Below are positions 45,904 through 54,203 of a stretch of 64,000 nucleotides of DNA, in pieces. The position numbers were made by a program, and so were the translations under genes. The notes beneath the pieces are model-generated. The model saw only the letters and a program-made list of their open reading frames with translations. It had not been told where the DNA came from and made no database searches. Source of the DNA: a virus; IMG/VR virus record IMGVR_UViG_3300032242_002477, positions 10,581 through 74,580 of that record. The stretch is one strand, 5' to 3'. Numbering within the stretch: position 1 is the first letter of the stretch; every line of letters begins with the position of its first letter.

Positions 45904-46320
45904 ATGAAGCATGACGAGGGCCGCCAGTGGAAAGAGGTTTTTAGAGGCCTTGGTCCAGGAAATTCAACAGTTAATAACCCAGTGGGTATTCATTGGTCAT
46001 CGGATTACCGTATTGCAGCCACCCGTTTTGCCAATCGAACAGTTCCAGCTAAGCGTGGGAGCGTTGATACCTCTATTGTTTTGCACGGACACGTACCACC
46101 TGCTAGTGTAGTTAATCCAAAAAGTAAGGAAGGAAAAGACTTAGTATCTAGGTTTGGTATTTGGCCAGGCTCAGGTGAAAAAGAAGAAACTGTGCGACCT
46201 GGTTCTACAGTTTTAGTAACAGGTCAAACTCGTCTAAAGTCAAGAAAAGATAAAGGGGGGCACATTGAGTGGAAGTCTCGCCTCCGAACATACAACCCAC
46301 CGCGAGAAATGCAAGCGTGA
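45904..46320 (+). CDS. Putative ADP-ribosyltransferase-like protein (paralog of 18674-19078)
   Basis: VFRG / HWSS / EKEE; C-terminus YNPPREMQA. Confidence 0.55.
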   Translation: MKHDEGRQWKEVFRGLGPGNSTVNNPVGIHWSSDYRIAATRFANRTVPAKRGSVDTSIVLHGHVPPASVVNPKSKEGKDLVSRFGIWPGSGEKEETVRPGSTVLVTGQTRLKSRKDKGGHIEWKSRLRTYNPPREMQA

Positions 46321-46335
46321 TGAAGGGGATAAATA

Positions 46336-46677
46336 ATGGCTGAACCAACTAGACAATTTAAATTAAACAGGTCAATGACCGCTTCCCCAGAAACTATGGC
46401 ACATACAGGTGAGGCAGCACCTGACTGGGATACTCATTATGGGACTGCTTTTCGTTTTGCTGAGACACCTAAAGGAGCTGCCACAATAAATGGTAAGACT
46501 GTAGACGCAGCGCCAGGAACAGTTTCCTTAGTTACTCCTTATAACGGTGACGCTTGGAAGTCTTGGCCCGAGGCCTCTAATGAAGCAAAAATTAACTTTA
46601 AGTCTAATTGGGGTAGCATGTGGGACACCGCAGGTGGTTACAAACAACGTCAAATACTAGGAGCTATTAATGGCTGA
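46336..46677 (+). CDS. Hypothetical protein with N-terminal RQF motif
   Basis: MAEPTRQFK; AAGGGG RBS. Confidence 0.55.
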   Translation: MAEPTRQFKLNRSMTASPETMAHTGEAAPDWDTHYGTAFRFAETPKGAATINGKTVDAAPGTVSLVTPYNGDAWKSWPEASNEAKINFKSNWGSMWDTAGGYKQRQILGAING

Positions 46678-46966
46678 GACAAAAAAGTTTGGGCCTTACA
46701 AAGGCTCTGATGCTAACGGTGGCCGTCCTATTTATGTCTACAAGACTAAAGGCAAGGATGGTAAGTGGCATACCACTTCTAAAAACAAAGCTCGTGCGGA
46801 TTACGAGTCTGAGCACGGAAAAATTAAAAACAAAAACAAAACAGTTGACCACAAAGATAATAACCACAATAATGATTCTAAAAAAAATCTTCAAATTCTT
46901 GACAAAGGAAAAAACACGGCTAAAGAAAATAAACGCCGTGCAGGTAAAAAACCAAATGCAAAGTAA
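46670..46966 (+). CDS. HNH-motif protein
   Basis: TVDHKDNNHNNDSKKNLQIL...N. Confidence 0.65.
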   Translation: MAETKKFGPYKGSDANGGRPIYVYKTKGKDGKWHTTSKNKARADYESEHGKIKNKNKTVDHKDNNHNNDSKKNLQILDKGKNTAKENKRRAGKKPNAK

Positions 46967-46991
46967 ACCACTAAGTTAAGGAGCGTTTCAA

Positions 46992-47192
46992 ATTACTGTA
47001 TCTGCTGTTACTAGAGACCTTACCGCTCAAGACCGATGTGATTCCTGTGGCGCTGCTGCAAGAGTTGTAGCAACGTTTTTAAACGGGGAGCTGCTGTTCT
47101 GTGGGCACCATGCCCGCAAATCAGTTGAAGCATTAAAAATTAAAGCTTTAGGGGTTCATGACCCTGAGGGTGAGTTGGAAAACCTAGTATAG
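46992..47192 (+). CDS. DUF7455-like zinc-binding protein with apparent ATT start
   Basis: LTAQDRCDSCGAAA.V.....GELLFCGHH; AAGGAG 8 nt before ATT; no in-frame ATG/GTG/TTG between the upstream TAA and the conserved motif. Confidence 0.65.
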   Translation: MTVSAVTRDLTAQDRCDSCGAAARVVATFLNGELLFCGHHARKSVEALKIKALGVHDPEGELENLV

Positions 47193-47350
47193 TTATGGAA
47201 AATCCTTGGCAATGCGAGATTTGTAAAAAAATTTATGTGGTTACTTCTTTGGCTAGACATTGCGAAGAAAAACACTTAGAAGAGTAGTAGTATTCTCCTA
47301 GACCGCCAAATGGGGTCTATTAACCTATTTTCGTCTAAGGAGAAAATATA

Positions 47351-47860
47351 ATGGCATCAGGCTATCCACATTCAGAATATAACAAAGCACCGCACTGGGA
47401 ACCAAAAGACTATTGGGCTACGCCAAATACAAAAACCCAAGTAGCAACAGTAAATTTTCCCTCGTTGTTTAACGACCAATTCTTTTTAGGGTTTCATGAC
47501 CAAATTGCTCGTTGGAATGCTTTAGCAACTATGAAGAAACCTGCTTCATTTCCACCTTACAACATCATTAAGATAGATGAGGATAACTACATAGTTGAAC
47601 TAGCTGTTGCAGGCTACGGAAAAGAAGATATCGACATTACTATTGAAACAGACCTTTTAACTGTAAAAAGCAATAAGACATCTAAAACTAAAGAAGATTT
47701 TGTCCATCAAGGTATTGCTGAACGAAACTGGGAACAGCAGTTCGTACTTGGTGAGTGGATGTCTATTAAAGAGGCTGCCCTCAAAGATGGGCTCTTGACT
47801 ATTAAGGTTGAGCGCGAGATTCCTGAGGAATTAAAGCCAAAAACAATCAAAATAAAATAA
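47351..47860 (+). CDS. Small heat-shock protein (Hsp20/IbpA-like)
   Basis: FPPYNI, ELAVAG, HQGIA.R, A.LKDGLL.I..ER.IPEE.KPK.I.I. Confidence 0.92.
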   Translation: MASGYPHSEYNKAPHWEPKDYWATPNTKTQVATVNFPSLFNDQFFLGFHDQIARWNALATMKKPASFPPYNIIKIDEDNYIVELAVAGYGKEDIDITIETDLLTVKSNKTSKTKEDFVHQGIAERNWEQQFVLGEWMSIKEAALKDGLLTIKVEREIPEELKPKTIKIK

Positions 47861-47874
47861 GTAAATAAAGCCTT

Positions 47875-47905
47875 AAGCCCTACAGATTAGCTTTGTAGGG
47901 CTTTT
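47875..47905 (+). terminator. Intrinsic terminator
   Basis: AAGCCCTACA...TGTAGGGCTTTT. Confidence 0.8.
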
Positions 47906-47951
47906 GTGCTTTTATACAGACAAAGGTATGTTTACCATAAATAATTAAGAC

Positions 47952-48608
47952 ATGTCATTTTATAATCCTAATCAAGCAGGTATCCCAGGAAATCACGGCT
48001 CTGGGTTTGGTAATTTATTTAGCGGTTTTAGATATGGAACGTACGGCGACCACCATCGTGGTCGTAGCGGGTTGACATTCGGTAGCGGCAGACAGATGAA
48101 ACAGTACTTTGAAAACCAAGCTGAACTTGAACGAGTAAAAGCTCAACACAGCATGGACATGAAAACTCATGAAGCTAATGTAGGCGATTGGTCAGAGCAG
48201 CAGACTCACGGAAGAAACAAGGACGACCGCGAGCATTCTAATACTGAAATGCAAAAAATTATGGATGCAAATCCTCATCTCGCGCATTATGATGCAAATA
48301 ACAACGTATACAAGTTTGGTAAGCGCGAAACACCAGCTGCAGGGCCAGCTGCAGGGCCAGCGGCAGGGCCAGCTGCCGACGGTCTAGTAGGTTCTTCTGA
48401 AGAAGGTCACGGTGGAGACGGAAACGCTAGCTATGAAGACGCATCTAATGCTGTGTTAGGTGGTCACATTGCACCATTGCAGGCTATGGATTTAAGCCCA
48501 GAGTACGGTCAGCAATGGGCACTGGCCAAGGTAGATGCTGACGGTCGTACAGCAAAGATGGGACCACAGTTTAAGGTTGCAGATAACTTCGTTCACCCAG
48601 ATGATTAA
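47952..48608 (+). CDS. Hypothetical protein containing a (GPAA)n 12-bp tandem repeat
   Basis: CCAGCTGCAGGG repeats at 48333-48376. Confidence 0.6.
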   Translation: MSFYNPNQAGIPGNHGSGFGNLFSGFRYGTYGDHHRGRSGLTFGSGRQMKQYFENQAELERVKAQHSMDMKTHEANVGDWSEQQTHGRNKDDREHSNTEMQKIMDANPHLAHYDANNNVYKFGKRETPAAGPAAGPAAGPAADGLVGSSEEGHGGDGNASYEDASNAVLGGHIAPLQAMDLSPEYGQQWALAKVDADGRTAKMGPQFKVADNFVHPDD

Positions 48609-48977
48609 TGAGCAGGAAACTCAATCGCTTAGTAAGGTAGACCCAAGAGAGTTTTGGGATGCGCTTACTAGAGCAAAAGGCGCCATTGATGGGCAAGAAA
48701 CTGAAGCCCTGCAATGGAATCGGTGGTCCGTGTGAGAAGCAAAGAATTTGATAACTCTGTAGAAAAACCCTTAACTGTAATTGACAGTAGGTTTGGGCTT
48801 CGCAGATTACCTAAAAGCAACGAAAAACCAACAGCATTTAGTTATGACACGCCTGGGCGTGGACCAAATGGTGAACATCAAAGCTAACGCTTAGCAAGAC
48901 TGCGTAAAGGGCTGCCAGTAAACTTATGAGGTCCCAACGCGCATGGGATATATCCTCTCTAGAGACAAGGAATCTTA

Positions 48978-50360
48978 ATGGCAATTCGCGACTCGGGTTA
49001 TAAGAATAACTCGGCAGGAAACATTCAGACAGATTTTGTGTATGGACCTTTTCCAGCACAAACAAATGATGACCGTTCTGGTACGGCAACAGATTACAAG
49101 ACCCCTGCTTCATACAACGCAACTGGCGGGTCAACAGGAGATAAAGCTTGGGGCACAACCACAGATTTTGCCTCTGCACCAATTACAACAACAAATATTT
49201 CAGTAGCTGCTAACCAACTTACTTTGACTGTTAACCCAGATAATCATGTTAACGTTGTTAACGGTTGGGACAACTACCCTAACTACACAGACCCAGGTAA
49301 AACAGGAACTGGCTACAACCCAGCTGGCTATCTCTATGGCGTAATCACTGCTGCATCAGGTAACGGTACAACTGTTACTTACACAGCTAACAACAACTTC
49401 ACAGTTGGACAGACTGTAACAATTACAGGTCTTTACAACTCTGTATCAGCTGGTTCATCTCAGCCAATCAGCACTCAGTACTACGCTCCAACTTACACGA
49501 CCTCATCGGCTTTCAACTTGTCTGGCGTAACAATTGCTTCAGCTACAGCTACAGGTTTCACCGTTACAAACTCAACTACAGGCACAGCAGTATCTGGTGC
49601 TAATGGTCTTGCTACAGTTACAATCGCTGCAGGTACTGGAACAGCGACTGTCCCAACACTTACGGGTTTAACACAGGATGAGGCCGACCGACTTCTTAAC
49701 AACGCTGACTTTGACAACGGTACAGCTACCTATGTCACAGCTGGTGCTACTGAGGTAGACCTTGTTGCTACAGGAATCACGGCAGCATCTGCTACTGGTG
49801 GAACGGTTACCTACACAGTACCTAACAATTTCACTGCAGGTCAGGTAGTAAGCATCTTTGGTCTTTCAACAGCTGCTTTCAATCTTTCTAAAGTAACAAT
49901 TGCAACAGCTTCTGCTACAGGCTTTACTGTAACAAACGCTGCAACAGGTACTGCAGTATCTGGGGCATCTGCTACTCAAGTAGCAGTATATGGCGCAACA
50001 GCCGCTATCACAGGAACCAATACATATACCTACACAGTTGCAAACAGTTTTGTAGCTGGTCAAATTGTAAGCATTTCTGGTTTTGCTTCAGCTAACTACA
50101 ACCTAGTTAACGCTACAATTGCTACAGCAAGCTCAACTAATTTTACTGTAACAGGCACAGGGCTTACTAACAGCACTGCAGTTGGAACAGGAACAGTAGT
50201 TGCTAGCCCAGCAATTGCGCGTGTACCAGCTAATGCTAAGACAATCAAGAGCTACACACCAACAGGTACACAGACTGTTGGAACTGCAATCAACACTACC
50301 GTATGGAAAAAAGCTTTTGGCGCTGCTGTAGGTACTCAGGACGGAACATTCACTTACTAA
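48978..50360 (+). CDS. Thr/Ala-rich virion surface/decoration-like protein with three beta-repeat domains and a split PASTA-like domain
   Basis: Repeat ITAAS..G.TVTYT..NNFT.GQ.V.I.G...FNL...TIA.A....FTV three times; codon bias similar to the capsid gene. Confidence 0.6.
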   Translation: MAIRDSGYKNNSAGNIQTDFVYGPFPAQTNDDRSGTATDYKTPASYNATGGSTGDKAWGTTTDFASAPITTTNISVAANQLTLTVNPDNHVNVVNGWDNYPNYTDPGKTGTGYNPAGYLYGVITAASGNGTTVTYTANNNFTVGQTVTITGLYNSVSAGSSQPISTQYYAPTYTTSSAFNLSGVTIASATATGFTVTNSTTGTAVSGANGLATVTIAAGTGTATVPTLTGLTQDEADRLLNNADFDNGTATYVTAGATEVDLVATGITAASATGGTVTYTVPNNFTAGQVVSIFGLSTAAFNLSKVTIATASATGFTVTNAATGTAVSGASATQVAVYGATAAITGTNTYTYTVANSFVAGQIVSISGFASANYNLVNATIATASSTNFTVTGTGLTNSTAVGTGTVVASPAIARVPANAKTIKSYTPTGTQTVGTAINTTVWKKAFGAAVGTQDGTFTY

Positions 50361-50369
50361 TTAATAAGT

Positions 50370-50405
50370 AAAAAGCCCCCTGCTTTTTTGGCAGGGGGCT
50401 TTTTT
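50370..50405. terminator. Bidirectional intrinsic terminator
   Basis: AAAAAGCCCCCTGC-loop-GCAGGGGGCTTTTTT. Confidence 0.88.
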
Positions 50406-50415
50406 GTATTCCTTT

Positions 50416-50931
50416 CTAGTACCAGTAATGTTTTTTCCAGAATTTAACAGCGGAACAGGCGGTTCCATATCTAGATTTTATGTAGTGTAGACCGTATGTA
50501 ATTTGTAAAGATGGTACAGAAGTTTTCTTTACAGAGTAATTATCCCAAGTAGTGGGCATAAATTGAGCGATGCCATACGCTCCAGAGCCCTTATTTTGGG
50601 CTAATGGATTAAAGTTACTTTCTTTACTCCATAATTGATTTAGGCACTTCCATTGCGCCAGTTTCCAGCCTTTTACATAGACCATTAAAAATGTTAATGC
50701 TTGGGCATCATACATATCTTTGAATGGACTATTAAGGGCTTTAACAGCCTCTAATCGGGTCATAGTTAAGTTCATGTGATTGAGCCCAACTGACACTCTT
50801 AAAGACGCCTCTGCGACCTTCGCAGGTGCTGGCTCTGGCGTTACGCTTAGAGCCATAGCTGGACTTGCAAGATGGGAACCCATGATTAGGGTTATCGCCA
50901 TTACAGCCAACTTCTTTCTGATATTAAGCAT
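50416..50931 (-). CDS. Secreted lytic transglycosylase (SLT, lysozyme-like fold)
   Basis: Signal peptide; CL..LW.KESNFNP.AQN..SGAYGIAQ; QI.YGL.YI..RYG..C.A..FW....WY. Confidence 0.85.
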   Translation of the reverse strand: MLNIRKKLAVMAITLIMGSHLASPAMALSVTPEPAPAKVAEASLRVSVGLNHMNLTMTRLEAVKALNSPFKDMYDAQALTFLMVYVKGWKLAQWKCLNQLWSKESNFNPLAQNKGSGAYGIAQFMPTTWDNYSVKKTSVPSLQITYGLHYIKSRYGTACSAVKFWKKHYWY

Positions 50932-51155
50932 TTCTGCTCCTCTCAGTAGTGCAAAAAAGAACCATCGCTGGTTCTTCATATCCTATGAAACACTAGAGTT
51001 ACGGCCCGTGTCAAGTTCAAGACACCCGTCTTTACAGAGAAAAATAAAAAATATATGTGTAAAATATTAAAAACAGTACTTTTTGCGCTATTTATATTTG
51101 TAAAACTTGATTGTAGCTTGTACCCCACCTTCTACAGAACAGGCACCCTTCGCAA

Positions 51156-51455
51156 ATGACACCTTCTGATTGGTCAACCATCATATACTCCTATTTTTTT
51201 GTAAGCATTGGGGTGCTTAGTGGCCTTTGGTTTGTTATTAAAAGAACAATTAATCACGTAATAGCAGAGCATATAGAAGACATTAAAATTATTAAACATG
51301 AGGTAACTCCAAATAGCGGAGGGTCTCTTAATGACAAGATTAATAAAGAAGTTATACCGATGTTAACTACGCTGGTAGAAAAACAACAAAAGATTGCGGT
51401 AGATGTGGCAACTATCACAGGTAAGTTTGAGCAACATATACGGGAACATGAGTAA
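51156..51455 (+). CDS. Membrane protein in the lysis cluster
   Basis: One TM segment plus PNSGGSL.D motif. Confidence 0.6.
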   Translation: MTPSDWSTIIYSYFFVSIGVLSGLWFVIKRTINHVIAEHIEDIKIIKHEVTPNSGGSLNDKINKEVIPMLTTLVEKQQKIAVDVATITGKFEQHIREHE

Positions 51456-51468
51456 TAGTTAAACATAA

Positions 51469-51666
51469 ATGATAAATTTTTTTAAAAAAAATAGAAGAAA
51501 ATTTCGTTCTGTATTTTCTACATGGTTTCAATCTTTTCTAGCTTTTGAGCTAGCACTTCACGCTAAAGATTTAATAACTAAAGACGTGGTAATACCAGCA
51601 ATTATGGCGGCTATTATTCCTGTTATACTTCGGTGGGCTAACCCCAAAGATTCGTTTCCAGATTAG
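51469..51666 (+). CDS. Holin-like membrane protein
   Basis: Two hydrophobic segments; AIIPVILRWANPKD.F. Confidence 0.6.
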   Translation: MINFFKKNRRKFRSVFSTWFQSFLAFELALHAKDLITKDVVIPAIMAAIIPVILRWANPKDSFPD

Positions 51667-51676
51667 GAGAGATTAA

Positions 51677-52222
51677 ATGACTTATAAATTCATACAAGCT
51701 AAACATTACAGCCCTGGACGTGGTGGCAAAAAACCACATTTAATTGTAATCCACACAATGGAAACCCCAGAAAATGAAGGAAGAGCTGCTCAGGTAGCCA
51801 ATTGGTTTGCTGGAGCAACGGCTCCAGATTCTAGTGCTCACTATATGGTGGATGACAAACAAGTTCTTCAGTCAGTTAAGGATGAAGATACTGCTTGGGC
51901 TGTAGGTGATTTTCCCTTAAATCAAGTTAGCATAAGTATTGAGCACGCGGGCACGGCTTCCCAAACAGCAGCTCAATGGGCCGACGATTACTCTAAAGCT
52001 GAACTAGCACTTAGTAGCGCTTTAGCAGCCGAACTAGCTCATAAATGGGGTATACCTGCAGTTAAATTAACTCCAGAAGATATTTTGGCTGGTAAGTCTG
52101 GTTTCTGTGGCCACGCTGATATAACTGCTGCTAAAAAAGTAGCTGGCGGTCACACAGACCCAGGCGCTCATTTTCCTTGGGACTTTTACCTGTCTACAAT
52201 TAAAACAAAAATGGTAAAATAG
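51677..52222 (+). CDS. N-acetylmuramoyl-L-alanine amidase (endolysin)
   Basis: IVIHTME, SAHY.VD, AWAVG, SIEHAG, GH.D...HTDPG..FPW. Confidence 0.92.
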   Translation: MTYKFIQAKHYSPGRGGKKPHLIVIHTMETPENEGRAAQVANWFAGATAPDSSAHYMVDDKQVLQSVKDEDTAWAVGDFPLNQVSISIEHAGTASQTAAQWADDYSKAELALSSALAAELAHKWGIPAVKLTPEDILAGKSGFCGHADITAAKKVAGGHTDPGAHFPWDFYLSTIKTKMVK

Positions 52223-52249
52223 CTCCTAGAACTAAATTAGGGAGAGATA

Positions 52250-52540
52250 GTGAAAATAAATAGTAAAAAATTAATATCTTTGGCAGAACACTATGCTTAT
52301 GCAACTCTTGCAGCAGGCCTAGCTATTTGGCAAAGTGGTAACCACAATATCAAAGAAGTAGCTTGGGCAGCGCTTATTGGAGTTTTAGGGCCAGTTGTTG
52401 CTCATGTTAACCCAAAAAGCCTTATTAACACTATTGCTAAAGAGGCTAATTTAGACGCAGAAACTACTGCTGTATTAGAAAAAATAGCTGAGCCAGTAGT
52501 TGAAGCTGCTATTGCGAAGACTGAGCCCGTAAAAAAATAA
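52250..52540 (+). CDS. Holin-like membrane protein
   Basis: Hydrophobic segments ending GPV...VNPK; follows the amidase. Confidence 0.55.
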   Translation: MKINSKKLISLAEHYAYATLAAGLAIWQSGNHNIKEVAWAALIGVLGPVVAHVNPKSLINTIAKEANLDAETTAVLEKIAEPVVEAAIAKTEPVKK

Positions 52541-52555
52541 GCTATCTAAAACTTG

Positions 52556-52586
52556 AGGGGACCAGATAATACCTGGTCCCCTTTTT
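52556..52586 (+). terminator. Intrinsic terminator
   Basis: AGGGGACCAG...CTGGTCCCCTTTTT. Confidence 0.8.
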
Positions 52587-52613
52587 CGTATATAATAAAT
52601 GTAGGAGGAGTTT

Positions 52614-52841
52614 ATGCAATGCGCCAATTGTTCTAACGTATCAGTTTTTAAAGTAGATGACCCAGGAGCTATGCCTGTTCATTACTGTGCAGTTTGTTTG
52701 CCTGTTCATATGCGAACTAGAGCTTCTGCTGGACACTTTGACATTAAAGTCGAAGAAGTTATTGTTGTAGAAGAACCTACACCAGAAAAAAATAAAACTG
52801 CGACTAAAAAAAAGGTAACTAGTGAGAGTAACGAGAACTAA
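52614..52841 (+). CDS. Small zinc-finger protein
   Basis: CANC...YCAVCLP; AGGAGG RBS. Confidence 0.6.
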   Translation: MQCANCSNVSVFKVDDPGAMPVHYCAVCLPVHMRTRASAGHFDIKVEEVIVVEEPTPEKNKTATKKKVTSESNEN

Positions 52842-53088
52842 AGCCGTACAGGTGCATCCTGTTCCTTCTAGAATAACTTCACCTAAGGGCCCATTTCCTC
52901 CTGAACTTTTTCGCGAATCAAAGATTGTTACTGAATACGACTTTGCTTCCCCAGAAGACGGAAGCGATTTTCCTGTTGGAGCCACAGTTCAAAATGATTT
53001 TCAAGAAGTTAAGTGGATGATTTGCGCTTCTTGCTATGAAAGAATGCCAGAAGCAAAAACTGGTGACCATGTTTGTGAGGAAGAATGA
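52822..53088 (+). CDS. Hypothetical protein
   Basis: C..C...H.C at the C-terminus. Confidence 0.55.
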   Translation: MRVTRTKAVQVHPVPSRITSPKGPFPPELFRESKIVTEYDFASPEDGSDFPVGATVQNDFQEVKWMICASCYERMPEAKTGDHVCEEE

Positions 53089-53564
53089 ATAGAAAAAAAG
53101 TTCAACTACCTTCTTGGGCAGAAATTACTAGCGCTAATCAAACTGAAGATGTAGCGGAAAACTTTGCTATGGGGTCTGAGCAACCTCCAGAAGACCCAGA
53201 TTTTCAAACCTTAGATTCTCTTGCTATGCGCCCAACTTCATCGTCTAACCCAGCGCGTCCCCGAACTACTCAAGCTGGATACGATTATAGAACTGAAACT
53301 ATGACAATAGTATTTAGAGATGGTACTTGGTATGACTATTACAATGTGCCTCTTCCACTTTGGGAAGGATTTGTATTAGCACCATCTAAAGGAACGTATT
53401 TAAGAGAATCTGGTTTAGATTCTTGGCCTGATAAAGGGCCTACAAATTTATCCAAAATGCCAAAGCATCGTAAAGTACGATTAGCTAGAACTCGACCAGA
53501 ATTTCAAGATAGAGCGGGCCGAAAAATTCAATATAGATTTAAAGATGGGAAATGGCAAGATTGA
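53085..53564 (+). CDS. KTSC-domain protein
   Basis: AGYD....M.IVFRDGTWYDYYNVP..LW..F..APSKG.Y. Confidence 0.8.
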   Translation: MNRKKVQLPSWAEITSANQTEDVAENFAMGSEQPPEDPDFQTLDSLAMRPTSSSNPARPRTTQAGYDYRTETMTIVFRDGTWYDYYNVPLPLWEGFVLAPSKGTYLRESGLDSWPDKGPTNLSKMPKHRKVRLARTRPEFQDRAGRKIQYRFKDGKWQD

Positions 53565-53863
53565 AACTATTTGGTCCTCTATACGTAGGTAAATTAAAGT
53601 ATTGGCATAAAAAAATGTTGCCAATTGTTGAGGTTGGAACTACTCAAGAGTCAGAGATGCCCTACCGAAAAGGTAAGTGTTTGGTCTTTCGTGTACCATT
53701 TACTTATCCTGGTTATTACTTAGGGGCGTGGGTTCACGACCCTAAGCTAAATCCAGATGACGACGAATCTATTGACCAGATATTAAAAAAAGCACTAAAA
53801 GGACGAAAGGCTTGGTCCCCAGATGATGGATATTTTGAAGAAATTTTCAAAGACGAAACCTAA
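53552..53863 (+). CDS. Hypothetical protein
   Basis: Coupled ORF. Confidence 0.55.
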   Translation: MARLKLFGPLYVGKLKYWHKKMLPIVEVGTTQESEMPYRKGKCLVFRVPFTYPGYYLGAWVHDPKLNPDDDESIDQILKKALKGRKAWSPDDGYFEEIFKDET

Positions 53864-54092
53864 TTGGGAAAAGCCATTTTCTGAAAAAGTAGCCAAGCGC
53901 GTAGCTAAAATTCCTACCTTAGACTTAGAAATGTGGGCAGAACAGGCAATTTATGATATTGGTCGTTGCCTATCTAGCTATCAAAAACATCGCGACGATA
54001 TCTATTTAAACGAGGCTCTTGTAGGCTCTGAAGCATTACACGCTGTGATTAACGAACTTGGGTACCGCACAAGTAAGCCTAAAAATCTATAA
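53823..54092 (+). CDS. Hypothetical protein
   Basis: Directly precedes the terminase. Confidence 0.55.
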   Translation: MMDILKKFSKTKPNWEKPFSEKVAKRVAKIPTLDLEMWAEQAIYDIGRCLSSYQKHRDDIYLNEALVGSEALHAVINELGYRTSKPKNL

Positions 54093-54203
54093 GTCTACAT
54101 TATGTTATACTAATGCTGCCTCTCTTCCTTCTCTCCCGTGTGGCAATGTAAGGCCCTGGTTTCCTAGCCAGGGCTAAGCATTTTCTAATAGACTAGGACT
54201 TCT

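Noticed and set aside
54117-54203. Anti-SD hairpin before terL resembling the polA leader
   Set aside because: Only a 6-nt complement (TCCTAG/CTAGGA) that is partly buried in the stem; too weak to call.
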